From: Pseudomonadota bacterium
Lineage (GTDB): Bacteria > Bdellovibrionota_C > UBA2361
DNA length: 38,309 nucleotides
Direction of reading: 5' to 3'
NCBI GenBank assembly: GCA_046047875.1
Contig: JBJOHD010000070.1
Location: 1-38,309 of the forward strand
Made by a program: the position numbers and the translations under genes
Notes under the pieces: model-generated
Database searches by the model: none
What the model was told of the DNA's origin: nothing
The model's input: the letters and a program-made list of their open reading frames with translations, nothing else
Shown here: in pieces, positions 27,004-35,755 of the stretch
Layout: every line of letters starts with the position of its first letter
How positions within the stretch are numbered: position 1 is the first letter of the stretch

Positions 27004-27777
27004 ATGGGGAGGCTTCTTGCATTCATGTTTTCTGTGGCCGTAGCGGTGTGTCCGCAGGGTGCGGTGTGTGAGAAGATAGCGAAGAGCGGAGCTTCGTTCG
27101 GGAACAATAGTTTCGTCCTCACTCTTACGGCGGACCCACCGGGAATGTTTCTAGTCTTCCCCGTTGATGAGAAAGAGGGAGCGGCAGATTTTAATCTAAG
27201 AAATTTTGATCCGGCGAAACTGACCCCTCACGGGCTTGGATCCTTTTTTATTTCGATCAGTCAACGGGGCTTCTTCGATGCCGTGACATTATTCTCCGGG
27301 GAGAGAACCTCTCTTGGCGGAAACGTTGTGGTGAGGTTCAACGACTCCACCCTGATGGCCGTCTATCGAAATCCCCAGCCTCTCCTGGTCGTAGTGAGTG
27401 GTGACTCGGTACTAGCATTCCTCGGAAGGACGCTCGTGATGAACGAAAGCTCCCCTGAGCTTGCTCGGGAGATCGGCCAATCGTTACTGAGCGGGGAAGC
27501 CGAGCCGTACTCATTTAGTTCGACCGGCGCCCTGGTTTTCAGAAAAGCCCCCGTGGGCTCCCGGATCGGAATTGAGGAGTCCCCGGGTGATTGCGACTCC
27601 CCGGAGGTGACGTTCTATCTCAAAGGGGAGGAGAATAATCTTGATAGCCGAAACTTCATCAGACTTGCAGGTAAAATATTCTGGAACGTTGAGAAGTCGA
27701 AGGCTTACTTAGCAGAGAGCACCCCTGAGGCAAAAGGCGTCTCCAGGTGTTCCTTGAGCGAAATCAAAGAGAACTAA
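27004..27777 (+). CDS. Hypothetical exported protein (orphan)
   Basis: 257 aa ORF with a short hydrophobic N-terminus (LLAFMFSVAVAVC). No recognisable motifs. It looks AT-richer by eye than its neighbours. Its 3' end overlaps the convergent LOG gene by 14 nt. Confidence 0.5.
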   Translation: MGRLLAFMFSVAVAVCPQGAVCEKIAKSGASFGNNSFVLTLTADPPGMFLVFPVDEKEGAADFNLRNFDPAKLTPHGLGSFFISISQRGFFDAVTLFSGERTSLGGNVVVRFNDSTLMAVYRNPQPLLVVVSGDSVLAFLGRTLVMNESSPELAREIGQSLLSGEAEPYSFSSTGALVFRKAPVGSRIGIEESPGDCDSPEVTFYLKGEENNLDSRNFIRLAGKIFWNVEKSKAYLAESTPEAKGVSRCSLSEIKEN

Positions 27778-28552
27778 CCCGCTTCTCCCCCAGCCACCTG
27801 CGCGCCTGCGTCTTCGTCCGTAACTGTAAACCGAATTTTTTGACGCTGCTCGTCTTGATGTGTTCAAGCGCCTCCTCGACCGAGTCGGTGAGGACTATAC
27901 GACCGAGATCCTCCGGGGAGATCGCCCCCCGCTCAAGGAGCCGGGTCCTCAAGAAATCGATTAAAGGTGACCAATAATCCCGCCCCATCAGGATGAGGGG
28001 AAAATCCTTGATCTTCCCCGTTTGAATAAGGGTCGCCGCTTCGAAAACCTCATCGAGGGTGCCGTAGCCTCCTGGGAGCGCTACGAAGGCGTAGGAGTAC
28101 TTCATCAGCATCATCTTACGGACGAAGAAGTAGCGGAACTCCACCCAGCGATCGAGGTACGGATTGGGGATCTGTTCGACCGGTAGCTTAATGTTGCACC
28201 CGACCGAGAAGCCACCCGCATCCTTCGCCCCCCGATTCGCCGCCTCCATCACTCCGGGGCCTCCGCCGGTCATCACCGTAAAGCCGAGCTCGGCGATCCC
28301 CCGACCGATCGCGCGCCCGAGCGCATAACCTTCCGCGCCCTCGCCGAACCGCGCCGAGCCGAACACCGTGACGCACGGCCCGACGAAATGAAGCTCCCGA
28401 AAACCGCGGATAAACTCAATAAATATCCGCACCGCCATCGAGAGGTCCTGGTACCTTTTTTTAGGACCCTCGAGAAAGAACTGCTCCGCCCAGTGGACGG
28501 TGGCCTTTCCCCACGGGGTAGACCTGCTCTCTGGAGTAACTTCGTTGTTCAC
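27764..28552 (-). CDS. LOG family protein (TIGR00730-type nucleotide 5'-monophosphate phosphoribohydrolase)
   Basis: VTVFGSARF, GGGPGVMEAANRGA and PGGYGTLDE (PGGxGTxxE) motifs. I propose the GTG at 28552 as start, which overlaps the upstream TPM gene stop as GTGA. The listed ATG at 28714 would add an Arg/Pro-rich extension lying inside the upstream gene. Confidence 0.85.
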   Translation of the reverse strand: MNNEVTPESRSTPWGKATVHWAEQFFLEGPKKRYQDLSMAVRIFIEFIRGFRELHFVGPCVTVFGSARFGEGAEGYALGRAIGRGIAELGFTVMTGGGPGVMEAANRGAKDAGGFSVGCNIKLPVEQIPNPYLDRWVEFRYFFVRKMMLMKYSYAFVALPGGYGTLDEVFEAATLIQTGKIKDFPLILMGRDYWSPLIDFLRTRLLERGAISPEDLGRIVLTDSVEEALEHIKTSSVKKFGLQLRTKTQARRWLGEKRVSSL

Positions 28553-29043
28553 GGACGAACAACCGGTTCGTTGGGCAGCTCGTTCCGGGGAACCTCGCTT
28601 GGGGGGAAGTGGCGAGCGAGGAGGGTTGAAACCTGGTTGATACCGGCGATGACGGTGTCGGCGAATCGACCCCCACGAAAACCATCCTCCATGGCCCGGC
28701 AGATGCCATCCCATTCGGCGGTTTCTACCCGGGCGCTTATTCCTCGGTCGGCAACGATCTCGATGTCGTGATCAGCGAGGAGAAGATAAATAAGAACCCC
28801 GTTGTTATGGGCGGTATCCCATAGTCGTAGTTCGCTAAACGCTTCGATAGCACGTTCCCGGGGGGAGACCTTGGCGATGAGTTCGCCTAGTTCGAACGCT
28901 CCCTCAACACAGAAGCGGATCTCAGCGGCGTGACGGCGCTCCGCAGCCGCTATCGCTCCGGTGATCCGGTCTAGTTCGCTCGGTGGAAAATAGCGCCGGA
29001 GCAGGGTCGGTCCGAGGAATATATGTGTGAGTAACCGTTTCAT
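28549..29043 (-). CDS. TPM-domain protein (short, COG3762-like)
   Basis: RRYFPPSELDRITGAIAAAERRHAAEIRFCVE...HNNGVLIYLLLADHDIEIVADRGI matches the TPM (TLP18.3/Psb32/MOLO-1) fold pattern. ATG at 29043 with GGAGAG upstream. Confidence 0.8.
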   Translation of the reverse strand: MKRLLTHIFLGPTLLRRYFPPSELDRITGAIAAAERRHAAEIRFCVEGAFELGELIAKVSPRERAIEAFSELRLWDTAHNNGVLIYLLLADHDIEIVADRGISARVETAEWDGICRAMEDGFRGGRFADTVIAGINQVSTLLARHFPPSEVPRNELPNEPVVRP

Positions 29044-29056
29044 CTGTCCCGCTCTC

Positions 29057-29911
29057 CTACCACCTTCCCGAGGCACCACCGCCACCGAAGCTTCCACCAC
29101 CCCCGCTAAAACCACCGCCGCTAAAACCACCGCCGCTCGACCACCCACTGCTCCGCGAGCCTCCGCGTCCCCGGCGCCCCGCTTTCCCCTGCGGTGAGAG
29201 GCCGATAAAAAGCAGGATAACGGCGAGGAAGATCCCCAGACCGATACCGAGGATCAATGCGCCGATCCCCCCCATCAGCAAACTTCCTGTGATCGCACCA
29301 CCGACCCGGCCAAGCTTTTCGCCGAGCACCGCACAGACGAAGACTCCGAGGAATATAAGAAATGTGAGCGCTCCTTCGCTCGATTCCGAATCGGCGGAGG
29401 GGGCAGGCGGGGGGGGAAGTTCCTCGCCCTTGATGATAGCGGCGAGGGCGTCCACACCGCTCTGGACGCCGTTCGCGAAATTCCCAGATCGAAACTCTGG
29501 GATGATACGCTCTTCGATGATCCGCTTCGCGATGGCATCCGGTATCGCCCCTTCAAGGCCGTAGCCGACCTCGATTCGGACCGTGCGGTCGTTCTTCGCG
29601 ACGATTAGTATCACCCCGTCGTCGACCTTCGCTCGGCCGATCTTCCACGACTCGGCGAGGCGGATACCGAACTGCTCTATCGTCTCCGGTTCGGTGGTGT
29701 CGGTGATTAAAACCGCGATCTGGCTTCCCTTCTCCGATTGAAGGGCGGTTATTACACCTTCGATCGCCCCAGCCTCTTCTGCGGTCAACGTACCGGTCGT
29801 GTCGATCACCGGCCGGGAGAGCTTAGGGAGCTCCACCTGCGCACGGCTCGGCAGGGCGGACACGAGAAAAACCGCCAGACCGAGAAATAGGAACCGCCAC
29901 GACCGGGTCAT
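29057..29911 (-). CDS. TPM-domain protein, YgcG-like (signal peptide, TPM domain, TM helices, Gly-rich tail)
   Basis: Signal peptide. VIDTTGTLTAEEAGAIEGVITALQSEKGSQIAVLI...DDGVILIVAKNDRTVRIEVGYGLEG is a typical TPM domain. The C-terminus is GGGFSGGGFSGGGGSFGGGGASG. Confidence 0.85.
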   Translation of the reverse strand: MTRSWRFLFLGLAVFLVSALPSRAQVELPKLSRPVIDTTGTLTAEEAGAIEGVITALQSEKGSQIAVLITDTTEPETIEQFGIRLAESWKIGRAKVDDGVILIVAKNDRTVRIEVGYGLEGAIPDAIAKRIIEERIIPEFRSGNFANGVQSGVDALAAIIKGEELPPPPAPSADSESSEGALTFLIFLGVFVCAVLGEKLGRVGGAITGSLLMGGIGALILGIGLGIFLAVILLFIGLSPQGKAGRRGRGGSRSSGWSSGGGFSGGGFSGGGGSFGGGGASGRW

Positions 29912-29920
29912 TCGAGAGCC

Positions 29921-30508
29921 TTACTTAGAGAAGTCGATCTTCGGCGCTTGGCTTATCGCCTGCTCGTTCTCTACCGAAAAGTTCGGCTTTACCGTGTGGC
30001 CGAACATCATCGCGGTGAGGTTCGAGGGGAAGGAGCGCACCGTGATGTTGTAGCTCTTCACCGCATCGATATATCGCTTGCGCGCCACGGTAGTCCGGTT
30101 TTCGGTTCCCTCAAGTTGGGCTTGGAGATCGCGGAAACCCGCCTGGGCTTGAAGCTGCGGGTAGTTCTCGGCAACCGCCATCAGCCGGGATAAAGCACCG
30201 GTCATCGAGGCTTGCGCTTGTTGGAACCGGGCGAACGCCGCTTCGTCGTTCAGGAGCTCAGGGGTTATCTGCATCGAACCGATCTTCGAGCGGGCCTCGG
30301 CGACCTCGGTGAACACCTTCTCTTCGTGCGCAGCGTATCCTTTAACCGCTGCGACAAGATTCGGAACGAGATCGGCGCGGCGCTGATATTGGTTCAAGAC
30401 TTCAGACCACGCCGATTTGATCTCCTCATCCCCCGATTGGAGCGAGTTGTATCCGCACCCTGAGAGCGCAAAAGTGAGGAGAAAGGCGAGAGCAAGGAGC
30501 TTCTTCAT
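29921..30508 (-). CDS. lemA: LemA family protein (lipoprotein-type N-terminus)
   Basis: MKKLLALAFLLTFALSGC, then LQSGDEEIKSAWSEVLNQYQRRADLVPNLV...AENYPQL...ELEGTENRTTVARKRYIDAVKSYN is canonical LemA. I prefer the ATG at 30508. Confidence 0.9.
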   Translation of the reverse strand: MKKLLALAFLLTFALSGCGYNSLQSGDEEIKSAWSEVLNQYQRRADLVPNLVAAVKGYAAHEEKVFTEVAEARSKIGSMQITPELLNDEAAFARFQQAQASMTGALSRLMAVAENYPQLQAQAGFRDLQAQLEGTENRTTVARKRYIDAVKSYNITVRSFPSNLTAMMFGHTVKPNFSVENEQAISQAPKIDFSK

Positions 30509-30580
30509 AGCGATATCCTTAAAAATCGGCTGACCACACATCGTGGCGCGACAGAACGATACGGGATGACTCCGCTCGGA

Positions 30581-31156
30581 TCAAATGATTTTCCGCCACG
30601 CCGGGGCGAGCATCGCATACACCACGTGGTCAACGAAGTGATCCCCGAGCCATTCGCTCTCATGGAGAACCCCTTCTTCGATAAAACCGAGTCGGACGGG
30701 TATCGCCCGGCTTTTAGAGTTGTGAACGGCGCACCGAATTTCGACCCGGTGAAGCTTTAAAACGTCGAAACAGTGGCTCACGACGTAACGCACCGCCGCG
30801 GTCATTGCACCCCGCCCGGTAGCGGCGCTGCTGAGCCAGTAACCGAGGGAGGTTTTCCGGTTAGGCCAGTCGACCGAATGGAGTCCGACAGTCCCGAGGA
30901 TCCGCTCCTCGTCGACTATCGCGCACTGAAAGCCGTTGTGATTGCGCGCCTGCTCGAGGCTCATAACGATAAAATTTCGTGCGTTGTTCGGGGCGAGGGT
31001 TAGATCCACCCATGGGAGCCACCGCCGGAGGTGGCTTCGGTCGCGGTCGATGAGAGCGAAGAGCAACTCAGCATCCTCAACCGTAAATTGGCGTAAAGCG
31101 AGCCCGTTCGGGAGGGTGGCGGCGGAGATCGGGGCGAAATGGTTGTGGAGGCTCAT
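30581..31156 (-). CDS. GNAT family N-acetyltransferase, RimJ/RimL-like
   Basis: LRQFTVEDAELLFALI...LRRWLPW...SLGYWLSSAATGRGAMTAAV...LHRVEIRCAVHNSKSRAIPVRLGFIEEG fits the RimJ/RimL subfamily pattern. Confidence 0.8.
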   Translation of the reverse strand: MSLHNHFAPISAATLPNGLALRQFTVEDAELLFALIDRDRSHLRRWLPWVDLTLAPNNARNFIVMSLEQARNHNGFQCAIVDEERILGTVGLHSVDWPNRKTSLGYWLSSAATGRGAMTAAVRYVVSHCFDVLKLHRVEIRCAVHNSKSRAIPVRLGFIEEGVLHESEWLGDHFVDHVVYAMLAPAWRKII

Positions 31157-31278
31157 CGTAGGTACGATACAGCCTCAGCGAGTGGGCGCCCAGCTATTTT
31201 CGTTAGCGCTCGAAGGGGATGGCGGCGATGTGCTAGTCTATCTCAGCGCTTGATGCAGGCGCATGAGATGGGGTGTGT

Positions 31279-32796
31279 ATGTCCGATATCTTGCTTGCGA
31301 TCGATCAGGGAACAACTGGGTCCACCGCGGCGTTTTTCGACCGAGCGACGCTGCGGCTCCTGGGGAACTCAAAGGTCGAGTTCCCCCAGCATTTTCCTAC
31401 CCCAGGGTGGGTTGAGCACGATGGAGCTGAGATCTGGGAGAGCGTCCTCGCGGCGCTCAAACGGGGGTGGCTGGCCGCTGAGGCGGCGCGCCCCGGTGCA
31501 CGACTGCAAGATGTCGCGGCGATCGGGATTACCAATCAGCGGGAAACGGTGCTCGCGTGGAATCGTCGCACCGGAGAGCTCGCGGGGAGAGCGCTCGTGT
31601 GGCAAGACCGCCGCACGGCGGATTTTTGCGCTGATTTAGGTCGAGATGATACCACGCGGAGACGCATTCACTCGAAGACCGGCTTGGTATGCGACCCGTA
31701 TTTTAGCGCCTCCAAGATGCGGTGGATCGTCGCAAATCAACCGAAGGCGCAGGAGTGGAGCGCCCGCGGAGAGCTCGCGCTCGGGACGATCGATTGCTAC
31801 ATAATCTTTCGACTCACCGCTGGAGCACGTTTTGTTACCGACCACACGAACGCATCGCGTACGATGCTGTATAATCTTGCAACCGGCACCTACGACGACG
31901 AGCTTGTAGCGCTGTTTGGCGTTCCCCGGGGGGCGCTCCCAGAGATCGTGCCGAGTGCGGGGGGGCTCGGAGTAACCCGCGGGGTTCCGGGGCTTCCCGA
32001 TGGAATTCCGATTACCGGCTGTCTCGGGGATCAGCAAGCGGCGTTGTGCGGACATGAGGCCGATTCGCCGGGGGAGGGGAAGGTTACGTACGGAACTGGA
32101 GCGTTCTACCTCCTCAATACCGGAGAGGCTCCGGTGGTGAGCAACGAGGGACTACTTACCAGCGTGGGATTTAGCGCTGGGTCGAAGCGTACGTTTGTAC
32201 TCGAGGGAAGCACCTTCATCGCTGGTGCCGCGGTGCAGTTCCTACGGGATAACTTTAAATGGTTCGACGATGCGCGGTTGAGCGAAGGGCTCGCCCTTTC
32301 CGAGCCGCGGGATGAACACGTCCTGTTCGTGCCGGCGCTCGCGGGACTCGGCGCACCGTATTGGAATCCCCACGCCAAAGGGGCGCTCTTAGGGCTCACC
32401 CGGGGAACGAGCCGGGCGCAGATAACCCGTGCGGTGCTGGAGAGCATCGCGCTCCAGATCGTGCAGCTCAATCGGGCGATGGCACGGATCTTTCCCGGTG
32501 AGGGGCGCCGCCTCGGAGTCGATGGAGGAGCCACTCGGAGCAACTACCTGATGCAGTTTCAAGCCGATGTTATCCGGGGGGAGTTGGTGCGACCAGGCAA
32601 CCTCGAAACTACCGCGAAAGGTGCAGCGCGCGCTGCGCGCCTGGGGCTCGCACCCGATGAACGCACCCCGATAAGCGAAGAGGCGGTGACGTTTCGTCCT
32701 CAGATGCCGGAGGAGGCAGCGCTCCGGGTCGTTGACCGGTGGCTCGATGCGGTGGCGGCGATCGATCGCCTGTACGGAGAGCGGCGCCCTCGGTAG
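31279..32796 (+). CDS. glpK: Glycerol kinase
   Basis: LAIDQGTTGS, GITNQRET and WQDRRT motifs. Length is about 505 aa. I prefer the ATG at 31279 over the GTG at 31273. Confidence 0.95.
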   Translation: MSDILLAIDQGTTGSTAAFFDRATLRLLGNSKVEFPQHFPTPGWVEHDGAEIWESVLAALKRGWLAAEAARPGARLQDVAAIGITNQRETVLAWNRRTGELAGRALVWQDRRTADFCADLGRDDTTRRRIHSKTGLVCDPYFSASKMRWIVANQPKAQEWSARGELALGTIDCYIIFRLTAGARFVTDHTNASRTMLYNLATGTYDDELVALFGVPRGALPEIVPSAGGLGVTRGVPGLPDGIPITGCLGDQQAALCGHEADSPGEGKVTYGTGAFYLLNTGEAPVVSNEGLLTSVGFSAGSKRTFVLEGSTFIAGAAVQFLRDNFKWFDDARLSEGLALSEPRDEHVLFVPALAGLGAPYWNPHAKGALLGLTRGTSRAQITRAVLESIALQIVQLNRAMARIFPGEGRRLGVDGGATRSNYLMQFQADVIRGELVRPGNLETTAKGAARAARLGLAPDERTPISEEAVTFRPQMPEEAALRVVDRWLDAVAAIDRLYGERRPR

Positions 32797-32831
32797 CACG
32801 ATAGAAGCGACGGGGGAGGCTCCGGGGAGAC

Positions 32832-33086
32832 TTAGCTCTCCGGTTCGACGTCGATTGAGGCGAGAAGGGTCAGTGCGACAGCGGACCCCCACGTAACTGC
32901 AGAGGTTTCTTCTGAAATTTTACTGACCTGCGACTTTGCCCACGCGCATTCTGCCGCACTCGCTGAGCCGCACCGATCGTGGGTGATGTAGTAGGGATAA
33001 TCGGGATAGTTGTAATCGTATTGTTGCCGGTGGATGCACCCGCTTAAGCCGAGGAACAGCGCGATAACGACGATCTGCTTTTTCAT
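32832..33086 (-). CDS. Hypothetical small lipoprotein (84 aa)
   Basis: Strong RBS (GGTGGAGG). Signal with lipobox MKKQIVVIALFLGLSGC. Tyr/Pro-rich stretch YDYNYPDYPYY. Confidence 0.6.
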   Translation of the reverse strand: MKKQIVVIALFLGLSGCIHRQQYDYNYPDYPYYITHDRCGSASAAECAWAKSQVSKISEETSAVTWGSAVALTLLASIDVEPES

Positions 33087-33189
33087 AAGCCTCCACCTTG
33101 CGAGCGAACACCCGTGATGATCTCGCGCCTTTGAAAGCTAATCAAGTCCGCAGAAGGAGCTGAGATAATAGACCGAGAGCGTTGCTCTT

Positions 33190-33816
33190 TTAGGGGGTCG
33201 TCGGCGGAGCCGCTGATCCCGCCGGGCGGATCTGCTCGAGAAATCTGCCAAACACCCCGCTATCGACTGGGCTATTCTTTTTGAGGGCGAGAACGACCAC
33301 CTGTTCGCTGCCGCGGTGGATGACCGCGATCGCGTGGTTCGCCCCTTTATTGGTGACGAACTGGAGGACCGGGAGCGCTGTTCCGTTTACTGTGACCGAG
33401 CCGTCGACGAGCTCGTACGCTCGCCGACCGGTGATAAGCGCCTGGCTGAATTTAACTGAGAGCGGAGAGAACCCGGCGTTAACAGCACCGCTCTTTTGAA
33501 ATTCAACGATCGCGTCGAGGAGCGCCCGGGGGGAGCTCGCGGGTGAGTCGGCGAACGCCGAGATCGCGAGGCTGAATTTATGATTCGACGATTTGTCGAA
33601 AAACTCCGCTACATCACCGCTCGAAGTTTTCGCTGAGTAAAGGGCGTTGAGGGTCGGGGGAGTCGGGGCCCGCAGGAGCTCGACAGCGGTCTCCTTTGAT
33701 GGCGCGATAGTCAGCTGAATCCCCAGCCATAACCCGCCGACAACGACGATCGCGCAGGCAAAAAGAGCGAGGAAAAGCTTATCGGGGGAGCGGTGGACGG
33801 TGGCTGAGTCAGTCAT
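33190..33816 (-). CDS. Hypothetical membrane-anchored periplasmic protein
   Basis: 208 aa. Single N-terminal TM helix (LFLALFACAIVVVGGLWLGIQL), then a globular part of about 160 aa and a Pro-rich end. No recognisable motif. Confidence 0.55.
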   Translation of the reverse strand: MTDSATVHRSPDKLFLALFACAIVVVGGLWLGIQLTIAPSKETAVELLRAPTPPTLNALYSAKTSSGDVAEFFDKSSNHKFSLAISAFADSPASSPRALLDAIVEFQKSGAVNAGFSPLSVKFSQALITGRRAYELVDGSVTVNGTALPVLQFVTNKGANHAIAVIHRGSEQVVVLALKKNSPVDSGVFGRFLEQIRPAGSAAPPTTP

Positions 33817-33937
33817 GATGGGAGGAGGCTATCAGAGTATCGCGGCCGCCGCAAAAGCGGGGTCGACACGCGAGTCTCTCCAGCGAGGGGAGCCGCACTG
33901 CGGCCTCAACTCAACGTTCGAGCCGAACCGTTTTGCG

Positions 33938-33966
33938 TTGCCGTCCGCGCGGGAGGGGGCTATAAT
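33938..33966 (+). promoter_or_regulatory. Sigma70-like promoter (TTGCCG, 17 bp spacer, TATAAT)
   Basis: -35 TTGCCG at 33938-33943, a 17 bp spacer, and a perfect -10 TATAAT at 33961-33966. The predicted start site coincides with the GTG at 33973. Confidence 0.4.
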
Positions 33967-33972
33967 TTCAGG

Positions 33973-34188
33973 GTGATTGACGACGAAGACAAAGCCCCCG
34001 GCCGTTCACCCCTCGCCCATCGGGTCGAGCGGCTCCGGGATGCCACGGTAAAGGCAGCGGAGCGCCGCGAGCGGCTTCCCCAGCCCCTCTTTTGGTCGCT
34101 GTTTCGAAGCGAGATAAACGATATAAAGCGCCGTAAAGCCCGTGCCCGTGCCCTCTCGGCAGCGCTCGGAATCGGGGTTGAGCCCTAA
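33973..34188 (+). CDS. Hypothetical 71 aa basic protein, possibly leaderless
   Basis: The GTG start lies 6 nt after a consensus TATAAT box. No family recognised. It could instead be non-coding. Confidence 0.3.
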   Translation: MIDDEDKAPGRSPLAHRVERLRDATVKAAERRERLPQPLFWSLFRSEINDIKRRKARARALSAALGIGVEP

Positions 34189-34449
34189 CAGGCGGTCTGG
34201 AATCGCGAAATCACATTCCCGTCGCTTACTTAGCCGACTGCTAATCGTTCTGATCTTTTTCTACGATTTTTTAGCGCCCGATCGTTACCCGTTTTCGAAA
34301 TCGATACGACTACCCTCATGAAGCTAAGGTCGGGCACCGCGTACCGTTTCCTCGTTCACTCGGCGAGGGGAGAGCGACCCGAGGGTGCGAGTTTTTACCA
34401 CGTCGGTGTGGAGGCTCAGCGCCGGTCAGAGCAGCGCAAGGGAGGGGTT

Positions 34450-34725
34450 ATGTTTCGGTTGATGTTCAGCATGTTGATGTGGGTCACGGTGGCCCGCTGG
34501 GTGTACTCGGAGGTCGAGCTGTCAGCTCCGGTGCTCATCCCGGTCTTCGATTCGATCCTCGAGGTCGTGCAGATTCCGACCCACGATCAATGGTCGGCGG
34601 ATCCGTTTAAGGCGGTGCTCGCCGGTATGCGAGAAGTCCTGAACGAGGGAGGTGAGCTCTTCACCCCAGTGAGCGATGTTGAGGTTCCCGAGGCGCTGGT
34701 TGAACGAAATTATGAGGTTTTCTAG
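34450..34725 (+). CDS. Hypothetical small membrane/exported protein (91 aa)
   Basis: The internal ATG at 34450 is preceded by GGGAGGGG (2 nt spacer), unlike the listed ATG at 34318. Hydrophobic N-terminus MFRLMFSMLMWVTVARWVY. Confidence 0.45.
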   Translation: MFRLMFSMLMWVTVARWVYSEVELSAPVLIPVFDSILEVVQIPTHDQWSADPFKAVLAGMREVLNEGGELFTPVSDVEVPEALVERNYEVF

Positions 34726-34876
34726 AAACGCGACAGCTCCGTAACGGAGTGTGGCGCGAGGTAGTTGTGGGGGGCAGTCCGGTTTGTGGCGACACGAATC
34801 GGGCTGTTTTTTTGGGGGGTCGTGCGGGTGAAGTCACCCACAATGCCTCCCTCGATGGAGCGTTTTTTCGCGAGTT

Positions 34877-35632
34877 TTACAGTCCGAAAAGCCGCCGGCC
34901 GCCGAGCGAGCCGCGACGCCCGAATCTTCCACGGTCAAGGATACGACTCGCTCTTGAAACGTTTACCCGGGAGAGTCGGCTCATCCCCAGGTCGTTCCGG
35001 CGAACGCTATACAATCGATCTCGCGGGGTTCCGAGTCCGGACCCATACAGTTGACTCGGCCGCAACCGCTGCTTCTCGAGGAGGGTGCGTCGCGAAGTGA
35101 ATTGGGGGCCGTAGATCTCGTGAGCACGGGGGCGGGGTTGATTTCGAAAGAGGAGTTCTCGATCTTGACCCCAGCGAAAAGCAAGCGATCCGAGCTCATT
35201 ACGCCGTGTTCGTTTAGCCACGACACCGTAGAGCTGCTGAGGGGTGACCCGTGTCCGGGTTCCGAAAAGTTGTCGGGGGGAATAGGCGTCACGAACTCCA
35301 AACAAGCGCCTGCCCTCGCCGAAGTTTCTCCATCCCTCGAAGAGACGCCCCCACGAGTACCTCTGCCCGTAGCGCTGAATCGCCGCGGGGGATACTTGAG
35401 GGATCCCGGTAAGGCGGGCGGTGCTCCGACTTTCGATGCGGGTGATCCCGAGCGCCCGTTCGATACCGGTCAGCGGCGAGTCTTTGCGCAGGTAGTATCC
35501 GATCCGCGTGGTCTCGTCCGCTGCGAAAAGATTCACAGCGGAAAAGAGATACGCGCACACCGCGGCCACCGGTAAGGGCCGGGAGCGGAGCGATCCTCGA
35601 AGGGTTCGCTCGACTATACTGACGACGCGCAT
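34877..35632 (-). CDS. Secreted Arg-rich repeat protein (orphan)
   Basis: The ATG at 35632 gives a signal peptide (RSRPLPVAAVCAYLFSAVNLFA-AD). The mature part has about 19% Arg by hand count. It carries seven copies of an x-x-[LI]-[FY]-G/S motif (RRLFG, RQLFG, QQLYG, HEIYG, SQLYG, DRLYS, RRLFG). GC3 of sampled codons is similar to metG. The listed ORF starts at the TTG at 35698. Confidence 0.5.
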   Translation of the reverse strand: MRVVSIVERTLRGSLRSRPLPVAAVCAYLFSAVNLFAADETTRIGYYLRKDSPLTGIERALGITRIESRSTARLTGIPQVSPAAIQRYGQRYSWGRLFEGWRNFGEGRRLFGVRDAYSPRQLFGTRTRVTPQQLYGVVAKRTRRNELGSLAFRWGQDRELLFRNQPRPRAHEIYGPQFTSRRTLLEKQRLRPSQLYGSGLGTPRDRLYSVRRNDLGMSRLSRVNVSRASRILDRGRFGRRGSLGGRRLFGL

Positions 35633-35755
35633 GATCACCGAAGGTTTCCTCTCACGACGGGGGCGCCCCAGCCTAAACGTCTCTCTCGAGCTACTCAAGA
35701 AGAGGTGTTTTTCATGGGAAAATGGGCAGCTTAGCTGAGCCCCCGATCAACCGAT

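Noticed and set aside
29105-29134. 15-bp tandem DNA repeat (GCTAAAACCACCGCC x2).
   Set aside because: It encodes the GGGFS-GGGFS low-complexity tail typical of YgcG-like TPM proteins and is not an independent DNA element.
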